64,000 nt of DNA, taken from positions 64,001-128,000 of the forward strand of contig JBDRKI010000102.1 in NCBI GenBank assembly GCA_043814095.1. The letters are read 5' to 3'. Below, piece after piece: positions 28,925 to 39,125 of the stretch (position 1 is the first letter of the stretch; each line of letters begins with the position of its first letter). Under the pieces are notes generated by a model. That model saw only the letters and a list, made by a program, of their open reading frames with translations. It was not told the DNA's origin and ran no database searches. This DNA comes from Armatimonadota bacterium. GTDB lineage: Bacteria; Vulcanimicrobiota; JACPDS01; JBDRKI01. Made by a program: the position numbers and the translations under genes.

Positions 28925-30307
28925 TCAGATATTCAGATATTTATAGATTTCAATTAATAATCCCGTCAAAACCAGCAGTATATATAATACGGAAGTTGCA
29001 AGAAGTCCCGTGTTTCTGTAAATAATTCTGTTTTTGAACAATACTTTGTCAGCTTCAAATACAGGGGCATACTTCCACTTCACCCACCCGCTTATACTGA
29101 CAATTTTAAAATCATTCTCCTTAAGGAAAGCTTTAATTTTGCTTCTTAAAATATAATTGCGGAAGTCTATCTTAAGGTAAATCCTGCCTTCATTATTAAC
29201 AGCTTCTGTATTTTCATAAACCTTAACTTTTATCAATTTATACGTGTTCATACACAGCAGGAATATTCCTGTAAGAGCAAGCGGTATGCCCATATATATT
29301 ACCTTAAGGATAATAAGGACGGCTATTGCCGCAAAAAATAGAATAAGCAGTAAAGTAAATAAGTTTCTTCTTTTATTTGAACTTTCATCATAGATTCTTT
29401 CCGATATAAGGGGTTGTAAAAGCATCCCGGCGTAACTGCTTACTTTTTTCTCTTCTTTTTCAAAAGCTACTGTCTTTTTCAGGATATCAAGAGCTTCGTT
29501 CTCGGGAAGAGATAAAATATCAAACCTGCCTGTCAGAAATACGGACAGATCAATTATTTTATTCAGGTACCTATTGTCCGTTATAATAAAAGCGGTAAGA
29601 CAGCTGAGATAAAATTCATTATCAATATTATGCCGGACAGCTTTGTAATAAAGGTAAATTTGCTTCAAATATATATATTCCCGTCTTTTTCGGGGAATAT
29701 CCCTGTCTGAATAATACTGGCTGTTAAATATAAAGAATTTAAAAGGTATGAAGAACATGTATGCCAGTATATTAAGAAGGTTAAGCACTGTGAAAGCGTT
29801 TGAGTAAGGATTAAGAAAAAGCACTGTTTTCTTGAAAATTTTATAATAAATAGAGTATAAAAGTACGGGTATAAAGGATATAAGTGTGGTAGTTTTAAAA
29901 GAACCTGAATTTATATTATACAGCTGGGCTTCAAAAAGAAAAGATATGTCCTTTTTGTCAAAAGCTTTCAGGAGAATGTCGGATATTACAACAACGGGTT
30001 TTTTAAAACCTATGGTAAAGATAACCGGTATATCTATCTCTGCTATTGCAAAGCTTATATCATGTTTTTTATCAAAATTAAAATTAAGATACCCGCTGTC
30101 TATATTCTTTAATCTCAATACCCTGTAAATCAATTTTTCACTGAAAAGAAAAATTAATACAACCGGCAATAAGGATAAAACAGCAATTATTACATTCTTT
30201 GTAACAGGATTAATCTGTGGGAATAATAAAAACAAAAGACTGAAGAATAGATAAAAGAATACCAGGTAGATGAATGAGGTATAGAATATATGATATTTAA
30301 ACTTCAT
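28925..30307 (-). CDS. Membrane protein with degenerate M48/M56 (HtpX-like) domain lacking HExxH
   Basis: PVIFTIGFKKPVVVISDILL..FDKKDISFLFEAQLYNI aligns by eye to PNAFA.G....V.VT.GLL..L...EL.AVLAHELGHI. Confidence 0.55.
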   Translation of the reverse strand: MKFKYHIFYTSFIYLVFFYLFFSLLFLLFPQINPVTKNVIIAVLSLLPVVLIFLFSEKLIYRVLRLKNIDSGYLNFNFDKKHDISFAIAEIDIPVIFTIGFKKPVVVISDILLKAFDKKDISFLFEAQLYNINSGSFKTTTLISFIPVLLYSIYYKIFKKTVLFLNPYSNAFTVLNLLNILAYMFFIPFKFFIFNSQYYSDRDIPRKRREYIYLKQIYLYYKAVRHNIDNEFYLSCLTAFIITDNRYLNKIIDLSVFLTGRFDILSLPENEALDILKKTVAFEKEEKKVSSYAGMLLQPLISERIYDESSNKRRNLFTLLLILFFAAIAVLIILKVIYMGIPLALTGIFLLCMNTYKLIKVKVYENTEAVNNEGRIYLKIDFRNYILRSKIKAFLKENDFKIVSISGWVKWKYAPVFEADKVLFKNRIIYRNTGLLATSVLYILLVLTGLLIEIYKYLNI

Positions 30308-30873
30308 GATTTTTTCCCGCTTACAAATGGGTTTCCTTTTATATAATACCTGTAAAGAAGTTCTGTCCCTTCTTTTATGCCTATCCTTGAGCTTTTTGCT
30401 GTATTTTTCACCTTTAACCCTGTATCTTTTATATACAAACCGCCCTTAAGAAGCGTTATCCCGTTATGCTTTTTATTTATGCCCAGGGCTTGAGTAAGTT
30501 TCCCGGGGCCGTTGGTTAAATTTTTTATATCATTAATTTTTCTTCTCTTTATCATTAAACCGGTATTAAGAGACGGTTCTACAGCCCGTATTAATACAGC
30601 ACCCGCGATATTATCTTTATGAGCCACAACATTAAAACAGTAATGGTTGCCGTATATGAAATAAACATATGATACCCCGGAAGAGCCGAACATTACAGAG
30701 TTCCTCGGGGTCTTTTTCCTTGCCGCGTGTGAAGCGGGATCGTTTTCTCCCATATAGCTCTCTGTCTCAACGATTATGCCTGCGGTTGATTCATTAACCA
30801 GCAGTTTGCCTAAAAGTTCACGTCCTACTATTCTTGTATCCCTGTTGTAAAATTCATAAGGTAAAACACACAT
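30304..30873 (-). CDS. mpg: 3-methyladenine DNA glycosylase (AAG/MPG)
   Basis: GIIVETESY, DPASHA, YVYFIYGNHYCFN, LTNGPGKL, RIGI. Confidence 0.92.
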   Translation of the reverse strand: MCVLPYEFYNRDTRIVGRELLGKLLVNESTAGIIVETESYMGENDPASHAARKKTPRNSVMFGSSGVSYVYFIYGNHYCFNVVAHKDNIAGAVLIRAVEPSLNTGLMIKRRKINDIKNLTNGPGKLTQALGINKKHNGITLLKGGLYIKDTGLKVKNTAKSSRIGIKEGTELLYRYYIKGNPFVSGKKS

Positions 30874-30878
30874 AAGAT

Positions 30879-32603
30879 TTATCTCTTAATCCAGTTTATC
30901 AAATCAGAGCAGCTCTTTGTATTTATGATATCTTTTGCGGTAAGCCACCCGCGCCTTGCTACATTCACTCCGTATTCCATAAATTCAAGCTGGTTTACAT
31001 GATGGCTGTCGGTATCTATTGAGAATACACACCCGAACTCCTTTGCTCTTTTACAGTAAATATCACGCAGATCCAGCCTGTCGGGGAAAGAATTTATTTC
31101 AAGCGCCGTATTATATTCCGCCGCGGACTTAAAGATTTCATCCCATTCAAGTTCTATCTCAGGCCTTGAACCCCATAACCGGCATGAAGGATGAGCTATA
31201 ATATTTACATAAGGATTTTTAATGGCTTTAACAATCCTTTTTGTCATCTCTTCCCTGGGAAGTTTAAAATGTGAATGTACGGAAGCTATTACTATATCCA
31301 GTTTTTTTAAAACAGAGTCCGGATAATCAAGAGATCCGTCTTTAAGGATATCTGTTTCCGCGCCTGCAAGAATTTTAATTTTACTGTCAGCTTTATTAAA
31401 CTTTTCTATCTCCAGGATCTGTTTTTCCAGATCTTTTATACTCATGCCCTTAGCTATCTTTAAGCTTTTAGAGTGATTTGTAACGGCAATATATTTATAA
31501 CCTAATTTAGACGCGGCTTTTGCTATCTCGGGTATTGTGTTCACTCCGTCAGAACCCGTTGAATGTATATGAAGGTCTCCTTTTATGTCCTTTCTTTCAA
31601 CAAGCTCGGGAAGCTTCCCTGAAAGGGCAATATCTATCTCTTCACCTGTCTGCCTTATTTCAGGAGGTATAAGGGGAAGACCAAATACTTTATATACATC
31701 TTCTTCCGCCTTACCGGCAACTTTTTTGCCGTCCTTAAGCCGGAAGACACCGTATTCGTTAACTTTGAATCCTTCTTTCTCAGCTAAGTGCCTCAACCTT
31801 ATATTATGCTGTTTGGAGCCGGTAAAATACTGCAATGCCGCACCGTAGCAGTCTTTATCAACAACCCTTAAATCTACCTGGAGCCCGTCTAAATTTATAA
31901 CTGAGGATTTTGTATCGCCTTTAGCCAGTATCTCTCTTGTAAAAGGCGCTTTTGTGAATATATCCATAACCCTTAAAGCTTCTTTTTTGTTTTCCGACCC
32001 GATAAGTATATCTATATCGCCTATGTCTTCTTTCCTGCGCCTTAAACTGCCCCCCTCGCTTATAAGTTTAACGTTAAGACTGTCTTTAAGGTAATTTATT
32101 ATCTCTTTTGCTATGGGAAGCGCGTTGCCTATTGATATCCTGCCGGAGAGCTTGCTTCTTAAATTTATGCCTCTTAATATATTGGCTTCTGTTTTTTCTC
32201 CGAACCCTTTTAAAACACTCAGTTTTCCTTCTTCGGCAAAAGCCTTAAGCTGTTCAACATCGCTTATCCCGAGATCTTTATAGACCTGTGCGGCTTTTTT
32301 AGGGCCCATACCCGGTACAGCCATTATATCAAGAAGGCCCGGCGGGATATCTTTTTTTAACTCCTCCAGATAAGAACATCCCCCCGTTTTATTTATCTCT
32401 AATATTTTCTCCGCTATGCTCTCCCCTATTCCTTGTATCTTTCTAAGTTCGGGCACACTCTCTATCTTGGACATGTCCTGCGATAAATTCTCAATAGTCC
32501 TGCCTGCATTACTGTATGCCCGGATCTTAAAAGGATTTTCGTCTTTAAGTTCCAGGTATTCCGCTATGGTGTAAAAAATATCAGATATGCTTTTGTTATT
32601 CAT
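30879..32603 (-). CDS. polX: DNA polymerase X with PHP domain
   Basis: NPFKIRAY, GSLRR..DIGDIDIL, YFTGSKQHN, GDLHIHS..SDG, DSHH. Confidence 0.93.
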   Translation of the reverse strand: MNNKSISDIFYTIAEYLELKDENPFKIRAYSNAGRTIENLSQDMSKIESVPELRKIQGIGESIAEKILEINKTGGCSYLEELKKDIPPGLLDIMAVPGMGPKKAAQVYKDLGISDVEQLKAFAEEGKLSVLKGFGEKTEANILRGINLRSKLSGRISIGNALPIAKEIINYLKDSLNVKLISEGGSLRRRKEDIGDIDILIGSENKKEALRVMDIFTKAPFTREILAKGDTKSSVINLDGLQVDLRVVDKDCYGAALQYFTGSKQHNIRLRHLAEKEGFKVNEYGVFRLKDGKKVAGKAEEDVYKVFGLPLIPPEIRQTGEEIDIALSGKLPELVERKDIKGDLHIHSTGSDGVNTIPEIAKAASKLGYKYIAVTNHSKSLKIAKGMSIKDLEKQILEIEKFNKADSKIKILAGAETDILKDGSLDYPDSVLKKLDIVIASVHSHFKLPREEMTKRIVKAIKNPYVNIIAHPSCRLWGSRPEIELEWDEIFKSAAEYNTALEINSFPDRLDLRDIYCKRAKEFGCVFSIDTDSHHVNQLEFMEYGVNVARRGWLTAKDIINTKSCSDLINWIKR

Positions 32604-32740
32604 AATATTTATTCAACCTTATAATATACTGTTTCGTTATGATTTTAATATATTTTTTATAAAAAACAATAGTAACACCAAATAACATTTATCCAGCATT
32701 ACTATTGAATATACAGCTTAAATTTTAAAGAGTCAAATTA

Positions 32741-33034
32741 TTATTTATCTTCTACTCTTAAAACAACCCCGCCGAGTTTCATGGCAACTATATTATATAT
32801 CAGCGCCCAGAAAGCTCCCGCTATAAAGCCGCCGATACCGTATATAATCGGGAAAATGATTATGGAAAAGAAACCGAAACCCATACCAATACCTGCTTTA
32901 CCGCCTATTAATCCGCCGGCAATACTGCCGAAAGCGATAAAAATACCCGCTATAAAACCTATTACAATGCCCATACCAAGCGCAATTTTCGCCCAGGACA
33001 TTACATCTACTGTTTTTATCTCCATATTTTTCAT
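32741..33034 (-). CDS. Small membrane protein (DUF3566-like)
   Basis: Two Gly-rich TM helices, LIYNIVAMKLGGV; GGAGG RBS. Confidence 0.65.
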   Translation of the reverse strand: MKNMEIKTVDVMSWAKIALGMGIVIGFIAGIFIAFGSIAGGLIGGKAGIGMGFGFFSIIIFPIIYGIGGFIAGAFWALIYNIVAMKLGGVVLRVEDK

Positions 33035-33123
33035 GAGACAGCCTCCTTGCAATATTTATAATACCTATACTTTTCTTTAAACGACATTATTTTCCTGCAA
33101 AAATACATAATATTAAATAAGGT

Positions 33124-33152
33124 TTGACATAATATATTGATTTTATTATACT
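33124..33152 (+). promoter_or_regulatory. SigA promoter of ffh
   Basis: TTGACA-N17-TATACT. Confidence 0.7.
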
Positions 33153-33195
33153 AATGCATAATTAATAACATATTTATTTAAGAGGTATGATTTTA

Positions 33196-34524
33196 ATGTT
33201 TGCCAACCTTCAGAATAAACTTAATGAAGTATTTAAGAAACTCCGTTCACGCGGAAAATTAACTGAAAAAGACGTTACGGAAGCTTTAAGGGAAGTAAGA
33301 ATCGCTCTTTTAGAGGCAGATGTCAATCTTAAAGTTGCCCGTGATTTTATCAATAAAGTAAAAGAAAAAGCCGTGGGTGAAGCCGTATGGAACAGCTTAA
33401 CCCCGGGCCAGCTTGTCATTAAATACGTAAAAGACGAGATGGTTACACTTATGGGTCAGGTAAACGAGAAAATTAATTTCGCAAGCCAGGGTCCTACCGT
33501 AATTATGATTGTGGGGCTCCACGGCGGCGGTAAGACAACAACTACGGGCAAGCTTGCCAATATGCTGAGAAAAGAAGGAAAGTCACCTCTTCTTGTTCCC
33601 GCTGATGTATACAGGCCTGCTGCCATAAAACAGCTGCAGGTACTCGGGAAACAGCTTGATATGCCGGTTTTTGACTCAAAAGAAAACCTTACCCCTCTTC
33701 AGATATGTAAACAAGCTATAGAACAGGCGGATAAAAGCGCTAATGATGTAATTATTATAGATACGGCAGGCAGACTCCATATAGACAGTGAATTGATGAA
33801 TGAATTAATTGAGCTTAAAAACACGCTCTCCCCCCAGGAAGTGCTTCTTGTAGTGGACTCCATGACCGGTCAGGAAGCGGTTAAAATTGCCGGTGAATTT
33901 GATGAAAACCTTAATATAACAGGGGTGATACTTACTAAACTTGACGGAGATTCCAGAGGCGGCGCCGCGTTATCGGTTAAGGCCGTTACCGGCAAGCCCA
34001 TAAAATTTATAGGCATAGGCGAAAAACTGGACGCCATAGAGCCCTTCCACCCTGACAGAATAACTTCACGAGTGCTGGGCATGGGCGATGTATTAAGCTT
34101 AATAGAAAAAGCCGAGAGTACTTTTGAGGTTGATCACGCTAAAAAACTGCATGAAAAACTGAAAAAACTTGATTTTGATCTTGAGGATTTCTTAGAGCAG
34201 TTAAACCAGATGAAGAAAATGGGTCCCATGGACCAGATACTGGGTATGATCCCGGGTTTTGCCCAGAATAAAGCGTTGAAAAACGTTCAGGTTGACGAAA
34301 ACCAGATGAAGCGTATTGAAGCCATAATCCAATCCATGACAAAAGAAGAAAGATTAAACCCCAATCTTCTGAACGCAAGCCGTAAAAAAAGAGTGGCGGC
34401 GGGAAGCGGAGCGGAAGTTTCCGAAATAAATAAACTCTTAAAACAGTTTGAAATGACCAAAAAAATGCTTAAACAGGTAAGCAGTATGGGGACCAAAGGG
34501 CTCAAACTCCCGTTTTTTGGCTAA
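33196..34524 (+). CDS. ffh: Signal recognition particle protein Ffh
   Basis: ALLEADV, GGGKTTT, DVYRPAA, DTAGR, TKLDGD.RGG, M domain. Confidence 0.96.
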   Translation: MFANLQNKLNEVFKKLRSRGKLTEKDVTEALREVRIALLEADVNLKVARDFINKVKEKAVGEAVWNSLTPGQLVIKYVKDEMVTLMGQVNEKINFASQGPTVIMIVGLHGGGKTTTTGKLANMLRKEGKSPLLVPADVYRPAAIKQLQVLGKQLDMPVFDSKENLTPLQICKQAIEQADKSANDVIIIDTAGRLHIDSELMNELIELKNTLSPQEVLLVVDSMTGQEAVKIAGEFDENLNITGVILTKLDGDSRGGAALSVKAVTGKPIKFIGIGEKLDAIEPFHPDRITSRVLGMGDVLSLIEKAESTFEVDHAKKLHEKLKKLDFDLEDFLEQLNQMKKMGPMDQILGMIPGFAQNKALKNVQVDENQMKRIEAIIQSMTKEERLNPNLLNASRKKRVAAGSGAEVSEINKLLKQFEMTKKMLKQVSSMGTKGLKLPFFG

Positions 34525-34529
34525 GGGTA

Positions 34530-34558
34530 TTGTATTTTTTTAAAACTTTTATTATAAT
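34530..34558 (+). promoter_or_regulatory. SigA promoter of the rpsP operon
   Basis: TTGTAT-N17-TATAAT. Confidence 0.55.
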
Positions 34559-34595
34559 GAGGTGTTTATAAAACACTGTCAAGGAGGTGAAACAG

Positions 34596-35048
34596 TTGTT
34601 AAGATTAAGACTGAAACGAGTAGGCAAGAAAAAACAGCCGTCATACCGACTGGTTGCTATTGATTCCAGATGCCCGAGAGATGGTAGAGTGGTAGAAGAA
34701 CTGGGATACTATAATCCCCGTACCAGCCCGAGAACTATAGTTTTTAATGATGAAAGAGTGCTGACCCTTTTGAAAACAGGAGCATCACCTTCAGACATCG
34801 TTAAAAAACTGTTCATTGAAACAGGTCTATGGGAAAGCTTCACAGGCAAAAAAGAAACCCTGGTTTACAGAAGCACTAAAGCTCCCAAGAAAAAAACCCA
34901 GGAAAGAATGAAGCAGGAACAGGAAAAACAGGAAAAACTGGCAAAAGAGCAGGCTGAAAAAGAAACAGTAAAAGAAGAAGTTGCAGAAATAAAAGCAGAA
35001 GAAACAACAGAAACAGAAACTCAAAACGAAACAACCACTACCGCTTAA
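34596..35048 (+). CDS. rpsP: 30S ribosomal protein S16 with long C-terminal extension
   Basis: [34 protein letters not shown]; likely TTG start after AAGGAGGTG. Confidence 0.93.
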   Translation: MLRLRLKRVGKKKQPSYRLVAIDSRCPRDGRVVEELGYYNPRTSPRTIVFNDERVLTLLKTGASPSDIVKKLFIETGLWESFTGKKETLVYRSTKAPKKKTQERMKQEQEKQEKLAKEQAEKETVKEEVAEIKAEETTETETQNETTTTA

Positions 35049-35065
35049 AATTAAGGAGGAATACC

Positions 35066-35293
35066 ATGAAAGAATTACTCATTTATATCGCCAAATCACT
35101 GGTTGATAGCCCGGATAGCGTTCAGGTCAGCGAAGTTCAGGGTGAAAGATCCACAATACTTGAATTAAAAGTATCACCTGAAGATATGGGTAAAGTTATC
35201 GGTAAACAGGGCCGCATAGCACAGGCTTTAAGAACCATAGTCAAAGCCGCCGCTGTTAAAGAAGGCAAGAGAATAATGATAGAAATTATGTAA
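35066..35293 (+). CDS. khpA: KH-domain RNA-binding protein KhpA
   Basis: [18 protein letters not shown]. Confidence 0.93.
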   Translation: MKELLIYIAKSLVDSPDSVQVSEVQGERSTILELKVSPEDMGKVIGKQGRIAQALRTIVKAAAVKEGKRIMIEIM

Positions 35294-35308
35294 TATTAGG
35301 AGATTTTA

Positions 35309-35671
35309 GTGAAGGCTCTTGAAATTAAAAGACCTGTTCTGGTCAAAGTAATAATAACCAAGGGGTTTAAAGAGCAGATTGTACAGGAATCCAGAGAAGC
35401 CATTACAAACATTGATAAAGATCTGGAAACCATAAAGAATATTCCCGCTTCAGAGGATACCAAAAGGCAGACCGAATACCTTAACAGTTTAAAAGAGGAT
35501 TTTCAGAGGAAAATAAAAGATTTTGATGTTGTAAAAGAAGGACAGGAACTCCCTTTTAAAACCTTAGAAGGCATTGCCAAGCTGGAAGTGGGCGACAATC
35601 TGCTTGAAAAACTTACTCAAACAGAAGTGGTGATAAAGGATTGGATTATACAGGAAATACGCCACGATTAA
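35309..35671 (+). CDS. ylqD: YlqD-family protein
   Basis: IKRPVLVKVIIT..FK...VGDNL...EVVIKD; position between khpA and rimM. Confidence 0.8.
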   Translation: MKALEIKRPVLVKVIITKGFKEQIVQESREAITNIDKDLETIKNIPASEDTKRQTEYLNSLKEDFQRKIKDFDVVKEGQELPFKTLEGIAKLEVGDNLLEKLTQTEVVIKDWIIQEIRHD

Positions 35672-36177
35672 AATTTATAACCATCGGTAAAATCATAGGT
35701 CGCTTTGGGATACGCGGTCAGGTTAAAATACAAATTTTAACCGACTTCCCAGAGCGTTTTTTTTCCGGGGAGGAGCTGTATATCCATATTCCTTCTTCCC
35801 CGGATCCGGTTACAATTTCCATCTCCGGTGCGTTTAACCATAAAGGGGCTATAGTCGCCAACATATCAAACTGTTCATCTCCGGAGGATGCCGATAAGAT
35901 TAAAGGCGCGGAAATCAAGATAACAGAAGCCCAGTTAAAAAAACTTGATGATAATACTTATTATCATTTTGACTTAATAGGAATGGAAGTTTACAATACT
36001 AAAGATTCAAATATAGGGAAAATAAAGGATATTATAAGTCTGCCCAGCAATGATGTTTACATAGTAAAATTAAAAAACGGAAAAGAGCTTTTAGTACCGG
36101 CCATAAACAGATACATAAAAAAAGTTGATGTAGATAACAAGAAAATTATTATTGAAGAACCAGAATACACGGAGTAA
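35641..36177 (+). CDS. rimM: Ribosome maturation factor RimM (start uncertain)
   Basis: IGKI.GRFGIRGQVKI..TDFPERF, YYHFDLIG, NDVY, LLVPA. Confidence 0.9.
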   Translation: MDYTGNTPRLKFITIGKIIGRFGIRGQVKIQILTDFPERFFSGEELYIHIPSSPDPVTISISGAFNHKGAIVANISNCSSPEDADKIKGAEIKITEAQLKKLDDNTYYHFDLIGMEVYNTKDSNIGKIKDIISLPSNDVYIVKLKNGKELLVPAINRYIKKVDVDNKKIIIEEPEYTE

Positions 36178-36180
36178 TTA

Positions 36181-36921
36181 ATGCGTATAGATATTATAAC
36201 AATATTCCCCGAAATATTTACACCTCTTTTTACAAGCATTTTAAAAAGAGCACAGGATAAAAAGCTCCTTTCAATCAATATAATTAATCTGAGGGACTTT
36301 ACCTCTGACAAACACAGAACCGTGGATGATTCCCCTTACGGAGGGGGCGCCGGTATGGTCATGAAAATAGAGCCTGTATATAAAGCGGTAAAATCAATTA
36401 AAGACTCCTCCCCTGACGCCAAAGTCATACTTATGTGCCCTAAAGGAAAAGTATTTACCCAGACAGGGGCCGTAAATCTTTCCAAAGAATCCCACATCAT
36501 ATTCATATGCGGCCATTATGAAGATATAGATGAAAGAGTAAGGAAATTGCTTGTTGATATTGAGATATCCATAGGAGATTACGTTTTAACAGGGGGTGAA
36601 ATACCCGCCATGGCGGTTATAGACGCCGTATCAAGACTCCTCCCGGGCGTTATTGAGAAAGAGTCACTGGAAGAAGAATCCTTTAATAATAACCTCTTAG
36701 AATACCCCCATTATACAAGACCCGAGGAATTTGAAGGTTTAAAAGTGCCGGATATACTAAAAAGCGGGAACCATAAAGAAATACAAAAATGGAGAAGAAA
36801 AGAGTCTCTAATAAAGACATACAAAAAAAGGCCCGATATACTTGAAAAAGCAAGCCTTTCAGAAGAAGATATATCCATCCTTGAAGAAGCAAAAAGGAAA
36901 TTTAATGCCGATGAAGTATAA
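36181..36921 (+). CDS. trmD: tRNA (m1G37) methyltransferase
   Basis: [42 protein letters not shown]. Confidence 0.96.
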   Translation: MRIDIITIFPEIFTPLFTSILKRAQDKKLLSINIINLRDFTSDKHRTVDDSPYGGGAGMVMKIEPVYKAVKSIKDSSPDAKVILMCPKGKVFTQTGAVNLSKESHIIFICGHYEDIDERVRKLLVDIEISIGDYVLTGGEIPAMAVIDAVSRLLPGVIEKESLEEESFNNNLLEYPHYTRPEEFEGLKVPDILKSGNHKEIQKWRRKESLIKTYKKRPDILEKASLSEEDISILEEAKRKFNADEV

Positions 36922-36954
36922 GATATAACATAAAATAAATATCCGGAGGTTATT

Positions 36955-37200
36955 ATGGTACAGTCCTACATATTAATTGAAACAGAACCAGGCAGAATAA
37001 AAGAAATAGTTGACGAGCTCACAAAAATGAAAGAGGTAAAATCGGTATGCGGGGTTACAGGGCCTTATGACGTAATCGCCTGCGCCGAAACGGAGAATAT
37101 GGATATTCTCGGGGACCTGATAATGAAAAAGGTACAGAAGATCTCCGGGATAAGAAAGACCATGTCCTGCCTCTGCACCTACTGCGCGCTCTGTAAATAA
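36955..37200 (+). CDS. Stand-alone Lrp/AsnC ligand-binding domain protein with Cys-rich tail
   Basis: VTGPYDVIA, VQKISGIRKTMS; ends CLCTYCALCK; GGAGG RBS. Confidence 0.85.
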   Translation: MVQSYILIETEPGRIKEIVDELTKMKEVKSVCGVTGPYDVIACAETENMDILGDLIMKKVQKISGIRKTMSCLCTYCALCK

Positions 37201-37237
37201 GAACATAGATTAATCAGGACAAGTAATAGTATCGGAT

Positions 37238-37279
37238 TATACTCCATTTTGAGTACAATTGTACTTAAAATGGAGTATA
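37238..37279. repeat. 42-bp near-perfect palindrome without a loop
   Basis: TATACTCCATTTTGAGTACAATTGTACTTAAAATGGAGTATA; 20 of 21 pairs complementary. Confidence 0.9.
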
Positions 37280-37280
37280 T

Positions 37281-39116
37281 TTATTTCTCCTCTTCTTTCT
37301 TATGGTATTTCTCATAGTAGCATTTAGCTATGTCATAAGCCACAGGTGCGGCTATATCTCCCCCGAACCTTCCCGACTGCTCAAAGAATACAGTAACCAC
37401 TATCTCAGGTGGGGTATTTTTATCATAAGGGGCAAAACAGGTAAACCAAGTATGGTTTCTGCCGTAAGGATTTATCTGGGTAGACAGATTTTCAACAGTT
37501 CCTGTTTTTCCGGCTATCTTAAATTCTTTTATGTTTAACCCGGCTGCGGTTCCTTTTTCGGTAACCATGGACATCCCCTCTTTTATAATCTCAAAGGTTT
37601 CATTCTTTATATCTGATGTGCCGGTATTTTCCGAAATTAAAAATTCTTTTATGGTTTTATCTTCCGGGTCTGTAATCTTTTGGGCTATAAAAGGCTTAAA
37701 GGATTTACCTCTGTTCGCAAGCTTCTGGGTCATCTGGGAAACCTGTATGGGTGTAACCTGCAAAAACCCCTGCCCTATTGATAAATTTACCGTATCACCG
37801 GGATACCATTTCTCTCCCAGAGTTTTTTCTTTCCATTTTTCATCAGGCAGAAGCCCTTTTATCTCTTCTGAAAGGTCAATACCGGTTAAACTGCCAAGAC
37901 CGTAAGCATCAGCATATTTTAATATCTTATCTACTCCCAGCTTCTCGCCTAATCTATAGAATACAACATCGCATGAATAAGCTATTGCTTCAAGAAAATT
38001 TATACTGCCGTGCCCGGCTTTCTGGAAGCAGTTAAACCTTATATTCCCCACATTGTAGTATCCGGGGCAGTAAAGTACTGTATCTTTTTCAACCAGATTG
38101 TTCTCAAGAGCCGCGGTTGAAGTTACTATCTTAAATGTGGAGGCGCACGGAAAAGAAGTTGATACATTCCTGTTTAAAAGGGGGTGGAAATTCTCCAGTA
38201 TAAGTTCTTTATACTGCTTATGGCTCATGCCTTTTATAAAGAGGTTGGGGTCATAATCAGGCCAGCTTACCATGGCAAGAACTTTCCCTGTTCTTGCATC
38301 TATGCATACCGCAGAGGCGCCTACATCATACACCCCTGAAGCTTTAAGGGAATTGATCGTCTTCTTTACGGATTTGTAAGCGCAGTTCTGGATATCGGCA
38401 TCTATGTTAAGATAAAGATTATTGCCCGGGACAGGAGGTCTCTGACCTAAAGATTTCACAATGCGTCCGGAAGAGTCAACAAGCATTAATTTAGCGCCGT
38501 CTTTGCCGCGCAGGCATTCTTCATACTGCTTCTCAAGACCCTGCTTGCCTATTAAATCACCGGGTTTGTAACCGTAAGCTTTTAATTTAGCAAGCTCTTC
38601 TTCATCCACCTCACCCACAAAACCGAGAATATGGGATCCTGCATCCTTATTTACATACTCCCTTATGGGTTCCACGTGTATATATATGCCGGGGTATTTA
38701 TCTTTTGATTCTTCAAGTTTGAAAAGCTGGAGTTTCGTTATATTATCCTTTATTTTTATCGCTCTTGATTTATCATAATTGTTTTCCTTGATCAGCCTGT
38801 ATATTTCTTTTTCTTTTACCTTTAAAAATTTTGAGAGTTCTTTTATGGTGGCAGAATAATTTACCATCTGGTCAGGTATAATGTATACGTCAAAACTGGG
38901 CTTATTCTTAACAAGAACCCTGCCTTCCCTGTCGTATATGATCCCCCTGGGGGCTTTAATGGGCATCTGGAGAATCATATTGTCTTTTGCCCTCTGGCTG
39001 TAATAACTGCCCTTTATTACCTGAAGGTAAACTAATCTTGCGAATAATACAATTAAAGCGGCAAAGAGTATTATTTTAAAATATTTTAAGCGTTTATTAT
39101 AATCCTGCTGGTCCAT
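37281..39116 (-). CDS. mrdA: Penicillin-binding protein 2
   Basis: APRGIIYDR, ASTFK, SCD(V), KTGT; follows mreBCD. Confidence 0.92.
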   Translation of the reverse strand: MDQQDYNKRLKYFKIILFAALIVLFARLVYLQVIKGSYYSQRAKDNMILQMPIKAPRGIIYDREGRVLVKNKPSFDVYIIPDQMVNYSATIKELSKFLKVKEKEIYRLIKENNYDKSRAIKIKDNITKLQLFKLEESKDKYPGIYIHVEPIREYVNKDAGSHILGFVGEVDEEELAKLKAYGYKPGDLIGKQGLEKQYEECLRGKDGAKLMLVDSSGRIVKSLGQRPPVPGNNLYLNIDADIQNCAYKSVKKTINSLKASGVYDVGASAVCIDARTGKVLAMVSWPDYDPNLFIKGMSHKQYKELILENFHPLLNRNVSTSFPCASTFKIVTSTAALENNLVEKDTVLYCPGYYNVGNIRFNCFQKAGHGSINFLEAIAYSCDVVFYRLGEKLGVDKILKYADAYGLGSLTGIDLSEEIKGLLPDEKWKEKTLGEKWYPGDTVNLSIGQGFLQVTPIQVSQMTQKLANRGKSFKPFIAQKITDPEDKTIKEFLISENTGTSDIKNETFEIIKEGMSMVTEKGTAAGLNIKEFKIAGKTGTVENLSTQINPYGRNHTWFTCFAPYDKNTPPEIVVTVFFEQSGRFGGDIAAPVAYDIAKCYYEKYHKKEEEK

Positions 39117-39125
39117 AATCCTGCC

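Noticed and set aside
32677..32717. CAATAGTAA...TTACTATTG inverted repeat upstream of polX as an SOS operator
   Set aside because: 23-nt spacer, AT-rich, does not match LexA boxes I know; may be chance or a weak terminator.
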